Assembly (NCBI GenBank): GCA_036918135.1
Contig: JBALDB010000022.1
Coordinates: 1-30,477, forward strand
DNA from: Nostoc sp.
GTDB lineage: Bacteria; Cyanobacteriota; Cyanobacteriia; Cyanobacteriales; Nostocaceae
Direction: 5' to 3'
Length of the DNA: 30,477 nt
Numbering within the stretch: the stretch's first letter is position 1; the number at the start of each line of letters is the position of its first letter. Under the pieces are notes generated by a model that was given only the letters and a program-made list of their open reading frames with translations, had not been told where the DNA came from and did no database searches. The translations under genes and the position numbers were made by a program. This document shows, piece after piece, positions 1 to 9,618 of this stretch.

Positions 1-93
1 ATGCACGAGCGCAATGCTCACAACTTCCCTCTGGATTTGGCTGCTGGTGATGAAGCTAGAGTCGCAATAACCGCTCCTGCTATCAATGGTTAA
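1..93 (+). CDS. psbA: Photosystem II D1 protein, 3' end only (partial)
   Basis: Frame 1 translates to [34 protein letters not shown], the D1 C-terminus with a 16-aa cleavable extension after PLDLA. Confidence 0.97.
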   Translation: MHERNAHNFPLDLAAGDEARVAITAPAING

Positions 94-133
94 TTGCCAC
101 CTAAGTCAGGTGAAAGTTAAATAGAACACAATC

Positions 134-165
134 AAAAGCGCTCTCCCAAAACGAGGGCGCTTTTT
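134..165 (+). terminator. Rho-independent terminator downstream of psbA
   Basis: Stem aaaagcgctctc / gagggcgctttt followed by a T-run, about 40 bp after the psbA stop. Confidence 0.85.
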
Positions 166-213
166 GTACGTAATATCATGTCCGGTTGAATACTTATGAT
201 ATCTGTCAGGGTT

Positions 214-320
214 GGTAATGGGTAATAGGTGATGGGCGATGGGTAAACCTTCTTTTTCCCAATTCACAATTCCCGATTACCTATATAGCTATTACCAATT
301 ACCAATTCCCAATTCCCATC
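214..320. repeat. STRR heptamer repeats in inverted arrangement
   Basis: ggtaatg-type units on the left and ttaccaa/ttcccaa-type units on the right, between convergent genes. Confidence 0.8.
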
Positions 321-347
321 GATCTCAGTGTTTGTAAAGCGCGGTTT

Positions 348-1526
348 TTAAGCAGCTTGACCCGGCTTCAGCACGACTTTGATGCAGTTGTCCAGCTTAT
401 GCTTAAAGATTTCGTAGGCGTGCGGGGCTTGCTCTAGCGGCAGACGGTGGGTGATGACGAAAGACGGGTCAATATCACCGTTTTGAACGCGGTCGAGTAG
501 TGTCTGCAAATACCGATGCACGTGGGTTTGTCCTGTTTTCATGGTTAAGCCTTTGTTCATGAAAGCACCCATCGGCATCTTGTCTACAAAGCCCGTGTAA
601 ACACCGGGAACCGAAACCGTGCCGCCCTTACGACAAGCAACGATCGCTTGACGCAATACATTGGGGCGATCGGTTTCCATTCGCACCGCTTGCATTGCCT
701 TGTCATAAAAGCCTTCCAAACCCATGCCGTGAGCTTCCATTCCCACCGCATCCATCACTGAATCGGGGCCTCGACCCCCAGTCATTTCTTTGAGGGCTTC
801 ACCCACCTCGATTTCTTCATAGTTCAAAATTTCTGCTCCCCCATCTCTTGCCATTTGGAGCCGTTCGGGAACGCGATCGATGGCAATCACACGCCCAGCA
901 CCCAGCATGAAGGCACTTCTGATCGCAAATTGTCCAACAGGGCCGCAACCCCAAATTGCAACTGTATCTCCTGGTTGGATGTCACAATTTTCTGCTGCCA
1001 TATAACCAGTAGGGAAAATATCGGTAAAAAATAGCACTTGTTCATCTGCCAGTCCATCAGGAATCTTAAATAACCCGACATCAGCAAAGGGAACACGGGC
1101 ATATTCCGCTTGACCTCCGGCGTAGCCCCCGGTTAAATGGGAGTAGCCGAAAAGACCCGATGGGGAATGACCCATCATTTGCTCCGCCATCCAAGCGTTG
1201 GGGTTGGAGTTATCGCACAGCGACCATAAATCCCTTTGGCAAAAGAAACACGAGCCGCAAGAAATCGTAAACGGGACAACAACGCGATCGCCAACTTTTT
1301 TATTTTTAACACCGCTGCCCAGTTCAACAATCTCTCCCATGAATTCATGCCCCAAGATGTCCCCCGCTTTCATTGTCGGGTTGAAGCCGTTATACAAATG
1401 CAAATCAGAGCCGCAAATTGCTGTTGAGGTAATTTTGATGATTGCATCGCGTGGATTAATGATTTTGGGATCGGGTACGGTTTCAACTTCTACCTTGTGC
1501 GTACCTTGCCAACAAACTGCTTTCAT
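348..1526 (-). CDS. Zn-dependent alcohol / formaldehyde dehydrogenase-like protein (MDR superfamily)
   Basis: ICGSDLH and GHEFMG catalytic Zn motifs, CGSCFFC...C structural Zn site, GCGPVG nucleotide-binding motif; AGGAG RBS upstream. Confidence 0.93.
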   Translation of the reverse strand: MKAVCWQGTHKVEVETVPDPKIINPRDAIIKITSTAICGSDLHLYNGFNPTMKAGDILGHEFMGEIVELGSGVKNKKVGDRVVVPFTISCGSCFFCQRDLWSLCDNSNPNAWMAEQMMGHSPSGLFGYSHLTGGYAGGQAEYARVPFADVGLFKIPDGLADEQVLFFTDIFPTGYMAAENCDIQPGDTVAIWGCGPVGQFAIRSAFMLGAGRVIAIDRVPERLQMARDGGAEILNYEEIEVGEALKEMTGGRGPDSVMDAVGMEAHGMGLEGFYDKAMQAVRMETDRPNVLRQAIVACRKGGTVSVPGVYTGFVDKMPMGAFMNKGLTMKTGQTHVHRYLQTLLDRVQNGDIDPSFVITHRLPLEQAPHAYEIFKHKLDNCIKVVLKPGQAA

Positions 1527-1552
1527 TGCTAAAGTCTCCTAAAGTTAAGTTA

Positions 1553-1643
1553 GGCGTTGCCTAAATGTGGGATGAATTGGCAGTTGAAACCATTGAAAAA
1601 TCATTATAAATTGTGCAAAATCATCCCCTGACTCAGCAACGCC
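1553..1643. mobile_element. 91-bp MITE with terminal inverted repeats and near-perfect 8-bp target duplication
   Basis: Ends ggcgttgcctaaatgtgggatga / tcatcccctgactcagcaacgcc; flanks ttaagtta (1545-1552) and ttaagttg (1644-1651). Confidence 0.75.
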
Positions 1644-1746
1644 TTAAGTTGTTCTGAATTTCTGTAATTCCAAGCGCGATGCCTGGGTTAGGCTGCTACG
1701 TAATAAATATCAGCAGCAAAAACAGCAAAGACTACATCAGAATCAC

Positions 1747-2175
1747 TCAACTGGCAACCAAAAGTTCGCTTACAGATTGGGGAACCAGAACGGTATCAAT
1801 AATATGGATAACTCCGTTATCAGATTCGATATCGGGTTCTACAACTCTGGCATCATTAACCTTAATACCGTCAGAAGTATCGATCGCCAACGTTGAACCT
1901 TCCACTGTTGGGGTTGAACTCAAGGTATTAATCTTGCTGGATGGAATGCGATCGGCAATCACATGATACGTCAACAGTTTCTCTAACTCAGGGGGATTGT
2001 CGAGAAAAATTCCCATTGTTCCTGAAGGCAGCTTGGAAAATGCTTCGTCAGTCGGGGCAAATACGGTAATAGCAGCAGGTTCCATCAGTCCTTGCAATAA
2101 ACTAGCTCGATTAATGCCTTCAACTAAAGTTGTAAAGCGACCGTCATTTATGAGTGTATCTACGATGTCAGCCAT
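1747..2175 (-). CDS. Fasciclin (FAS1) domain protein, no signal peptide
   Basis: TVFAPTDEAF, LLTYHV and NGVIHIIDTVL motifs. Confidence 0.93.
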   Translation of the reverse strand: MADIVDTLINDGRFTTLVEGINRASLLQGLMEPAAITVFAPTDEAFSKLPSGTMGIFLDNPPELEKLLTYHVIADRIPSSKINTLSSTPTVEGSTLAIDTSDGIKVNDARVVEPDIESDNGVIHIIDTVLVPQSVSELLVAS

Positions 2176-2362
2176 GAGTTATGCTCCTGAAAATATTAAA
2201 TGTTCAACTTTAATTAGCGCTAGCGCAGCTGATACTGGGCATTGTTACTGAGGTTACTCTGTTTTGAATCTAGTTGTTCTGGTTAACACAGAAGACCAGC
2301 GCAAACACCCACGCCGATAATCACAAAGGTATTGCCTAGAGCATTATCAGCGAAGCCAATAT

Positions 2363-2845
2363 TTATCCTTTCCCCTTCGGTTGACCTTCGGTTGTCGCAA
2401 TCTCGCCCGTTTCCATCAGCATCTTGAAGCGGCGCAAATCGTCTCCTAGCTGCTGTTCGGGTGCTTCACCAAAGAGTTTGGCAATAGTATCTCCAATCGC
2501 TCCGCCGGGTGGTTTGTATTCGGCAATGACTTTCACCTCAGTGCCGCGATCGTTGAGTGTTGGCTGGAAGCGAACAGAACCAGAGTTCTCAATATTTGCA
2601 CCTTCAACTGAAGTCCAACTAATCAATTCATTCTCGCGATCTTCAATAATGTCTGCATCCCATTCGATGCTTATGCCTAAAGGGCCGCTAGTTATCCAGT
2701 GAGAGCGCTTCTCGTTATATACCTTCACGTCTTTGAGATGCTTTGTAAAACTGGGCAAGTTCTCTAAGTTATGCCAGAAGCGATAGAGTTCCTCTGCTGG
2801 CTTGTTGATAGTTAGAGTTTTTTCAATTTTAATGCCTTGATTCAT
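2363..2845 (-). CDS. SRPBCC (cyclase/dehydrase-like) family protein
   Basis: TINKPAEELYRFW...SHW...EWDADI...ISW...GSVRF...DLRRFK pattern. Confidence 0.88.
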   Translation of the reverse strand: MNQGIKIEKTLTINKPAEELYRFWHNLENLPSFTKHLKDVKVYNEKRSHWITSGPLGISIEWDADIIEDRENELISWTSVEGANIENSGSVRFQPTLNDRGTEVKVIAEYKPPGGAIGDTIAKLFGEAPEQQLGDDLRRFKMLMETGEIATTEGQPKGKG

Positions 2846-2983
2846 AGCAATTGTCTGATTAGGATATTGTCTTGTTGGCTTAGCTTGTCTCTTCTGATTA
2901 ATATTGAGATCGGCGAGCGATGGTCATACTGTGAGCTTGAGAAGACGTAACAGCTTAAAGTGAGTACAACAGCTTCGTGCAGC

Positions 2984-3784
2984 TTACTTGTTAGCCGATC
3001 CGGGTTCGTTGAGCTGGCGATTGAGTTCAGCAGTGACCGTATCAGGCAGAACACTGCCTATAGCACCCTGAATCTTCGTCTTCAGCGATTCTGCAAGTAC
3101 ACTATCCTTACCTGCCATCAGAGCCTCAAACCCCTGCTTGGCAACTTCGGCTGGGTCATCCTTTTTCTCTGAACCGACTTTTGTGTTGTCCAGCCCTGCA
3201 CGTTGGAAGAAGTTGGTTTCAGTAGCTCCGGGCATGAGCGCGGTGACGGTAACACCCGTGTCTTTCAATTCGTTGCGGATTGCCTCTGCGAAAGAGTGAA
3301 CGAATGCCTTTGATGCTGCATAAACTGCCTGAAACGGAGTGGGCATCTGGGAGACAATGGACGAAGTAAAGAGAATTCTACCCTTACCGCGATCTACCAT
3401 GTCTTTAACGACTCGTTTGGCAAGATGAACAGTTGAGGCGACGTTTAGCTCAATTAAATTGAGTTCTTCCTGCAAATCGGTCTTAGTAAACTCACCACCA
3501 ACACCCACACCTGCATTAATGGCGATCGCATCCACGGGTTGCCCGATCGCCTTAATCTTGTCGTAAAGTGTCTCAACTCCGTCATAGGTCGCAAGATCGG
3601 TTTGTACCGTCTCGACCTTAGCACCCAATTCCTGAAAAGCAACAGCCGCTTCATTAATGCTCGAACCAGTAGAGGTTACTAACAGATCAAAGCCGTTTTG
3701 AGCAAATTGTTTGGCAAGTTCGTAACCGATGCCGTTGGAGGCACCCGTCACCACAGCCAAGGGGCGGGTCAATGAACTGTTCAT
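2984..3784 (-). CDS. Short-chain dehydrogenase/reductase
   Basis: TGASNGIG, NAG and YAASK motifs; AGGAG RBS. Confidence 0.93.
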   Translation of the reverse strand: MNSSLTRPLAVVTGASNGIGYELAKQFAQNGFDLLVTSTGSSINEAAVAFQELGAKVETVQTDLATYDGVETLYDKIKAIGQPVDAIAINAGVGVGGEFTKTDLQEELNLIELNVASTVHLAKRVVKDMVDRGKGRILFTSSIVSQMPTPFQAVYAASKAFVHSFAEAIRNELKDTGVTVTALMPGATETNFFQRAGLDNTKVGSEKKDDPAEVAKQGFEALMAGKDSVLAESLKTKIQGAIGSVLPDTVTAELNRQLNEPGSANK

Positions 3785-4470
3785 GATGTTCTACTCCTTT
3801 GGTTTTACTTCTTGTATACCTGTGCTGAATCCTTGTTTCAATCCTTCAAAGGCATTTGGTAAAGATATCTTGTTGAAGTTACATACTTCATTTGCTCGTT
3901 GCCCCGATCCGTTAAATCCAGAGCGCAATCTGGCTACCGCTTCTCTTCTTAGGCTGCACCAACGCTGACAGCCTGCTTTTCCCTGTTAATCAAGGCTGCC
4001 ATGCCAAAGAATTCATCTATCTAATTAAGTATAAATCGTGAATTTTTAATACAATCTTGCATCTGTGGATTTACATGGTGCAGTTGAGCCTGGGTCATAA
4101 CATTTATCTCCTAACGATGCTATTTCATCTTAGGAAGACACTTGGTTCATTACCTCTAGCGTAAGGGTGTTTGTAGCGATGCCTATCTATGTTGAAGGGC
4201 TGATTACGTGTCTAGTTGTATGCTTAGGACTCACTCAAAAATAACATACATGATAAATTGACAAAGAAAGGTAAATATGCAATGAGTGAGATATCGGCAA
4301 CAAATAGTCTCAAAACTCTGGTGGCTGTTGACTTCCAATTTTTCTTGTGAGGTAAACCGGAAAGTCCGCTTTAAGCCTTGGGCAGGCGAGATATCCACAA
4401 GTAGTAGTAATTTATTTGTTGGTAATTCCTTAGCCAACAACAAATGACAAATGACTAATAACTATGTAAA

Positions 4471-6651
4471 TTAGAGACTTTCAAAAATTTTTAGCACTTC
4501 TGCTGCTGACTGATATCGTCGAGTAAAGTCGAAATGTACCATTTTATTTAAAATAATAACTAACTCGTTTGTAACATCAGCTAATTCGCGCCAACTGTGC
4601 CAAACGTCTGTATTAGCATTAGGTTCAGTTTGGATAATTACTTCACCAGTATTTGTATCTCTGCGAAACACCCTTGGGTCTACTCCAGTTAAAGCTTGTA
4701 TACCCATAATTCCTAATGCATAAATATCACTGTTTAGTTTTGGCAACCCACTCATTTGTTCAGAAGGTGCGTAACTAGGAGTACCAATTGAAATAGTCTG
4801 ATTTTCTTGTTGTTGGGGCTGAATTTGTTTAACAGCGCCAAAGTCAATTAAAACAATGTGCCCATCTGATTCTCGTCTAATTAAGTTACTGGGTTTGATA
4901 TCTCGATGAATTACACCATAGCCGTGAACAAAAACAAGTACGTGTAAAACTTCTTTGAGTATCTCCACAACTTCAGTTTGTTTTAGTCGCACACCAGAGG
5001 TTAGCTCTTTGTCCATAGCGTGCCCTCGGATAAATTCTTGCACTAGAGAAAATTGACGATTTTCTTCAAAAAAAGCTAACAGTTGGGGAATTTGTGGATG
5101 CTTACCTAAAGTTTCTAAAATTTCTGCTTCAGCATTAAATAAGCGTCTGACAACATTTAAATATTCTATATCTTGGCGGGGAGGTCGTAATTGTTTAACT
5201 ACACACTGGGGATTACCAGGGCGCTTAATATCCTCAGCTAAATAAGTATTACTAAATCCTCCAGAACCCAACCCTTGAGTAATTCTGTAGCGATTATTTA
5301 GTAGCGTACCTAATGCAATTTCTTGCCCAATAGAATCAACAATTACTGTTGGCGCTTCATTGGAAGTATCGCCGCGTTGCCGTAAAAGGGCTTGTAATTC
5401 GATAATTAATTGTTGGTGTTCCTGAACTCGTTGGGCAATTTCTTTTTGCTCTTGCTTAGTTTGATAAGAAGTATAGGTAAGCACACTCCCGCCAGTAAAT
5501 ATTAACCCCAATATCGGAGGTATTATTGGCAACCATCCAGCTTGAGTAAAAATGAGAAAATTACTTCCAAATAATACAGCCAAGGCTGTTGCTGCTGCCA
5601 ATCCTAAAGCTAGAGGATGCTGAATTCGCCATACTAATAAGCCACCAACTAAAGTCCATCCCCATATCCACAGAACTTTACCCCATTCAGGGATAGACCA
5701 AAATAAAGGCTGTTGGTTAAGAACAACACTGAGAATTTGACTAACACTGTGGGCATGAATTTCAATTCCTGCCATCTTGCCAGAATTATCTGACTTACCA
5801 CTAGTAAATGGGGTATTAAAAATATCATTTAAAGTATTTGCTGTTGAACCAATTAAAACAATACGGCCTTTAACCAAATCTGGTTTAACTTGGTCTGCAA
5901 GCACTTGTGTAATTGTTACCTGCTGGGCAATTTGATGACTAGAACGGTAGTTAAGGAGGATTTGGTAACCGCTTGTATCGGCTTTTTCATACCCGCCAGC
6001 GTTACCTTGTAGAGGTTTAAATACAGTATTTCGTAATTTTAATTCTTTTTTTGGGGTAAATTCTGGTTGGATGCCAGCAACTTCTAAATATTTGAGTGCT
6101 AGTTGCAAACTAAAGGAATACGTACTTTGACAAGGGTCAGATTTCTCGGTACTTGCTAATAATAAATTGCGACGAATTGTAGAATCAGTATCTTCTACAA
6201 CATCACTAAATCCCACTCGTTCTGGTTCAACACCTTGAGGAGGAGCAGTTCCGGGATTTTTAGAACCAGAATGTTTACAGATAGGAATGATAATATCACT
6301 TTGTTGTAAGCGTTGCAGTAGCTTGTCATGACCGGGTTGGACTGGTAAATCGCGAAAAATATCTAGACCAATGGCTCGCGGTTCGGATTCTTCAAGTTTG
6401 CCCAACAACCGATCTAGAAGTTCACCAGACAGCGGCCAATTCCATTTTTGGATATCGTTATCAGTTAAAGCAACAATCAACAGACGCGAGTCTGGCCCTG
6501 GGTCAGAGCGTAATTGCATCATCTGGTCGTAGACTCTCATCTCCAGAGGTTCAAAAACCCCAAGTTTTTGAATGCCTATTAGTAAAACTGTGGCGATCGC
6601 ACTTGAAAATATAACTGGCTGTCTCAATAAACTTTTGAAGTTGGCAAACAT
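4471..6651 (-). CDS. CHASE2-domain transmembrane Ser/Thr protein kinase
   Basis: N-terminal TM; CHASE2 motifs (IGLDIFRD, KGRIVLIG, MAGIEIHA); three TM segments; intact kinase motifs GSGGFS, VVK, HRDIKPSN, DFG, GTPSYAPSEQ. Confidence 0.93.
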   Translation of the reverse strand: MFANFKSLLRQPVIFSSAIATVLLIGIQKLGVFEPLEMRVYDQMMQLRSDPGPDSRLLIVALTDNDIQKWNWPLSGELLDRLLGKLEESEPRAIGLDIFRDLPVQPGHDKLLQRLQQSDIIIPICKHSGSKNPGTAPPQGVEPERVGFSDVVEDTDSTIRRNLLLASTEKSDPCQSTYSFSLQLALKYLEVAGIQPEFTPKKELKLRNTVFKPLQGNAGGYEKADTSGYQILLNYRSSHQIAQQVTITQVLADQVKPDLVKGRIVLIGSTANTLNDIFNTPFTSGKSDNSGKMAGIEIHAHSVSQILSVVLNQQPLFWSIPEWGKVLWIWGWTLVGGLLVWRIQHPLALGLAAATALAVLFGSNFLIFTQAGWLPIIPPILGLIFTGGSVLTYTSYQTKQEQKEIAQRVQEHQQLIIELQALLRQRGDTSNEAPTVIVDSIGQEIALGTLLNNRYRITQGLGSGGFSNTYLAEDIKRPGNPQCVVKQLRPPRQDIEYLNVVRRLFNAEAEILETLGKHPQIPQLLAFFEENRQFSLVQEFIRGHAMDKELTSGVRLKQTEVVEILKEVLHVLVFVHGYGVIHRDIKPSNLIRRESDGHIVLIDFGAVKQIQPQQQENQTISIGTPSYAPSEQMSGLPKLNSDIYALGIMGIQALTGVDPRVFRRDTNTGEVIIQTEPNANTDVWHSWRELADVTNELVIILNKMVHFDFTRRYQSAAEVLKIFESL

Positions 6652-6752
6652 TTTTCTACATAAGTTTTATTTTAAAATATACGTATGTTTTTATACAAAT
6701 TTTCTTGATTGAAATTATTCTATGCAATTTGCAACTTTTCAAAAAATAATTT

Positions 6753-6914
6753 GGGGACTGGGGACTGGGGATTGGGCAAACAGGAAGTGTGGGAGAAAAA
6801 GGAAGTGTGGGAACGGTGGGAGGTGTGGGGGGAAAGATTTCTTCATCCTCCTATACTCCCCACACTCCCCTCTCTCCCCTCTATCATCTTTGCAACCCTA
6901 ATTTGCAGTCCCCA
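6753..6914. repeat. G-rich/C-rich quasi-palindromic repeat element, copy A
   Basis: ggggact heptamers, then ggaagtgtg/ggaggtgtg 9-mers, then complementary cacactccc units; shares ttgggcaaa(a)caggaagtgtgggag with copy B. Confidence 0.75.
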
Positions 6915-6926
6915 CTTACTACTAAC

Positions 6927-7070
6927 GGGACTGACAAACAAAAAAATATCCTACTGTTCACAGTCAACAGGAGCCAGTGCGTTGGACGGGTTACCCGGCT
7001 TGAAGCAACTGGCTCTCAACACTCATCAGTTATCAACTCCAAACGGGATAATTTATTTCTTAGAGTTCCC
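6927..7070. mobile_element. MITE-like element, copy 1 (related to 19325-19474)
   Basis: Starts gggactgacaaa-aaaaaaat-cctactgtt, ends gataatttatt..gagttccc(ta); contains ggagccagtgc...gcaactggctc. Confidence 0.72.
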
Positions 7071-9091
7071 TAATGTACTACCTGTTTTAAATAATGCACG
7101 ATCGCCTCTGCGGTTGGTACATTAGTTGCTAGTAGAACTTGATTAATAGTGCATAATCTCAGCAGTGCATCTTCATTGGCTTGACCAGGCTGAGGTTGCA
7201 GCAAATCTCTCAAGAAAATAACTGCTACAATTTCTCCTGAGCCAACTAATGAAGCAATTGTTTGATATCCTCCAGAAGTTGGTGCAGGAGTTTGTTGACT
7301 AATAGTTATACCCTTTTGTTGTAAAACTTCGCTCACAGATGGCCAGGTAATTGTAAAGTTCTGTGAGAAAAATTCTTGATGCTGAGCAACAAATTCCGCA
7401 AGTTCTGATTTCTTGCTTTCGTGAGCAATCAGTACTATGTTTCTTAGAGCGATCGCTTCTGGAGGCTCACTAACGTTTGTTGGTTGGGAAATTTCTTCAG
7501 ATTCAGTTGCTTCTACTTCAGATGAAATTTCATCAGATTTAGTTGCTTCTACTTCCGAAACTTCTTCAACAGTTTGACTGGTGATTTGAGGAGCTTCACT
7601 TTCTACTGGCTCTAGAGATTGAATCTCGCCTGAGTCTGAGACTTGATTTACATTAACTTCTTCTGTACTCGTATTACTCAAATCAACGTATTGATTGTTG
7701 AAAACTGGAACGTTCTCATCAGGTGCAGTCAAGGCTTCAGGAACTTCACCAATCTTTTCATCGGCTTCTACTTCAACATCTGCGCTGTCTTGTTGGAGTG
7801 GCGTATCTAAATTGACTAAATCCTCACTAGTTTCCTCTAGAACTTGACTTGATGTGTCCTGATGTTGAATGTCTGCGTTTGGAGCAATTTCAGTAGTTTC
7901 TGGGGTAACATCATTGACAGGGCTATCAACATCTGCCCTGCCTCCTTCATAAAATGGCGTGCCCAAATGTACAGTTTCTTCAGAGACAGTTTCTTGAGAA
8001 GTAGCTTCGGGAACACTACTCTCTTCAGGTACTAGGGTAAATATGTCACGTGCCTGAACATAGGTGACTTCTGCCTCTAGCGCTGCTTCTAACTCTGCAT
8101 CGCGCTCCTCTGTAGTTTGAGCTACATTTTCAGAAATATCACGCGGCTGGACATTTGTGACTTCTGCCTCTAGTGCTGCTTCCAACTCTAAATCGCGCTC
8201 CTCTGTAGTTTGGGGAATGGCACTTTCTGTATCGCGTCGTTGTACAAAGGTAGCTTCTGCTGCCAGTGCTGCGTCAAAATCTGTAACCCGATCGTCAGTA
8301 GCTTGTTTTGGTGTACTTTCTTCTTCAGGAGTCTCAATGAGATTTTCAGGTGTAGCTATTGCTTCCTCAGGTTTGGCTTCGCTAACTTCTGGAACTTCTA
8401 CTTGTGCAATTTCTGGGGTAAGTTCTTCTTCTACAACTAATGTACGTAAATCTACAATATCGTTACGGACATCGTGTGGAACTTCGCTGACAGCTTCTGG
8501 TGGTTGAACTATATTTTCAGAGCTGCTTATTTCAATAACTGAGATTACATTATCAGTTGGAGTAGAAGCAACTTCTGATTCACTGATTTCTGGGGAAGCA
8601 GCATTAATTTCTGGTGTTTCTACTTCGTTACTAATTGGCGTGATAACTTCGTTAACAACCTCTGGAGCTGGATTAGCAACGCTGGGAGTGCTGACATTTT
8701 CAGGCGATCGCGACCGAGAAAACAGAGAAGGATCTATAATTCTGAAGACGGTCTCTGGTAATTGATCGGTCAAAGGAGCGATCGTTTCCATAATCAGAAC
8801 ATAATCTGCAATTCGGATCACGTCTCCATCATTCAAAATGTATGGTCGATCCTTTTCAGCCTGTTTGCCATTAACTATTGAGCCATTTCTACTACCAAGG
8901 TCGCTGAAGTAGTAAGTTCCACCTTTAATAAAGAACTTAGCATGTAGGCGGCTAACATCAGGGCTGTCCAAGACTAAATCAGAATCAGGAGAGCGGCCTA
9001 CTATCCATTCTCCCCTGGTTGTAGTGTCTGTGGTCAGGTCAACTTCATTGACTTCACTTACAGTTGGTGAATAGCTAACTTTTACTTTCAT
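7070..9091 (-). CDS. FHA domain + long acidic low-complexity linker + degenerate methylglyoxal-synthase-like C-terminal domain
   Basis: FHA motifs VGRS, VSRLH, SRNGS; Glu-rich linker; C-terminal IVLIAHESKK...VIFLRD...LLRLC...LATNVPTAE matches the MgsA pattern. Confidence 0.85.
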   Translation of the reverse strand: MKVKVSYSPTVSEVNEVDLTTDTTTRGEWIVGRSPDSDLVLDSPDVSRLHAKFFIKGGTYYFSDLGSRNGSIVNGKQAEKDRPYILNDGDVIRIADYVLIMETIAPLTDQLPETVFRIIDPSLFSRSRSPENVSTPSVANPAPEVVNEVITPISNEVETPEINAASPEISESEVASTPTDNVISVIEISSSENIVQPPEAVSEVPHDVRNDIVDLRTLVVEEELTPEIAQVEVPEVSEAKPEEAIATPENLIETPEEESTPKQATDDRVTDFDAALAAEATFVQRRDTESAIPQTTEERDLELEAALEAEVTNVQPRDISENVAQTTEERDAELEAALEAEVTYVQARDIFTLVPEESSVPEATSQETVSEETVHLGTPFYEGGRADVDSPVNDVTPETTEIAPNADIQHQDTSSQVLEETSEDLVNLDTPLQQDSADVEVEADEKIGEVPEALTAPDENVPVFNNQYVDLSNTSTEEVNVNQVSDSGEIQSLEPVESEAPQITSQTVEEVSEVEATKSDEISSEVEATESEEISQPTNVSEPPEAIALRNIVLIAHESKKSELAEFVAQHQEFFSQNFTITWPSVSEVLQQKGITISQQTPAPTSGGYQTIASLVGSGEIVAVIFLRDLLQPQPGQANEDALLRLCTINQVLLATNVPTAEAIVHYLKQVVH
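8043..8308 (-). repeat. 93-bp (31-aa) coding tandem repeat, about 3 copies
   Basis: gtgacttctgcctctag recurs at 8064 and 8157; protein unit QTTEERDxELEAALEAEVTxVQxRDI plus one degenerate copy. Confidence 0.85.
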
Positions 9092-9240
9092 ATTAATTTT
9101 TGGTTAATTTTATTGATTTCCGCTACCCAACGCTGACGGGTAGTATGTTCTAAATTTAAAATATCATCTTGTGACCAATGAAAATGATAAGCAATAAAAG
9201 CTACCTCCTCATATAAACTATCAGAGGGGTAGCTTATGAC
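9088..9240 (-). CDS. DUF6760-like ORF; probable -1 frameshift extension of the upstream chaperone
   Basis: LYEEVAFIAYHFHW...LEHTTRQRWVAEI; no ATG/GTG/TTG in frame after the overlap; its TGA overlaps the ATG of the FHA gene (ATGA). Confidence 0.8.
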   Translation of the reverse strand, partial: VISYPSDSLYEEVAFIAYHFHWSQDDILNLEHTTRQRWVAEINKINQKLI

Positions 9241-9617
9241 TCCCCCGCCAGTTCTAGCTCTACTGAAAATTGAGCATTGCAGTGGGGACATTGTGTCGGA
9301 ATATGTACATTACCTTGCTGGTTAATTCGATTGTAAAATTCTCGCAGATAGGCAATGTCATGTAGGAGTAGTCCTTCGAGTAATTCTGGGCTAACAGAGT
9401 TGAAACTACCCAAGCGAGTGATAACACGTGCAAGCATTACCAAGACGCCGTAAGCTGAATTTTCTTGAACTTTGCGCTCTTGTTGCACCAAAATTTCATC
9501 TTTAGCAGTGGCTAAACGCATCACTCCTTGACGATGTACTCGGTTTTCACCATCACTCAACCCTCTAGGAAGAGTGAAAGCAAATTCAGTATAGAGATTA
9601 TCCTTTTTACGGGGCAT
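9234..9617 (-). CDS. eCIS tail assembly chaperone-like protein with C-terminal CxxC
   Basis: TEFAFTLPRG...HRQGVMRLATAKDEI...ARVITRLG...YLREFYNRIN, CPHC; position after the tube genes. Confidence 0.8.
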   Translation of the reverse strand: MPRKKDNLYTEFAFTLPRGLSDGENRVHRQGVMRLATAKDEILVQQERKVQENSAYGVLVMLARVITRLGSFNSVSPELLEGLLLHDIAYLREFYNRINQQGNVHIPTQCPHCNAQFSVELELAGES

Positions 9618-9618
9618 A

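Noticed and set aside
1..93. Rogue D1 or chlorophyll f synthase
   Set aside because: The C-terminal Mn-cluster ligands and the processing site are canonical.
7070..7450. Functional methylglyoxal synthase (mgsA)
   Set aside because: The catalytic Asp, His and phosphate-binding loop are substituted, so no gene symbol was assigned.
9088..9291. 67-aa ORF starting at ATG 9291 as a stand-alone gene
   Set aside because: The start lies inside the chaperone's coding region with no evident RBS, and the first ~17 residues look like off-frame sequence; a frameshift extension explains it better.
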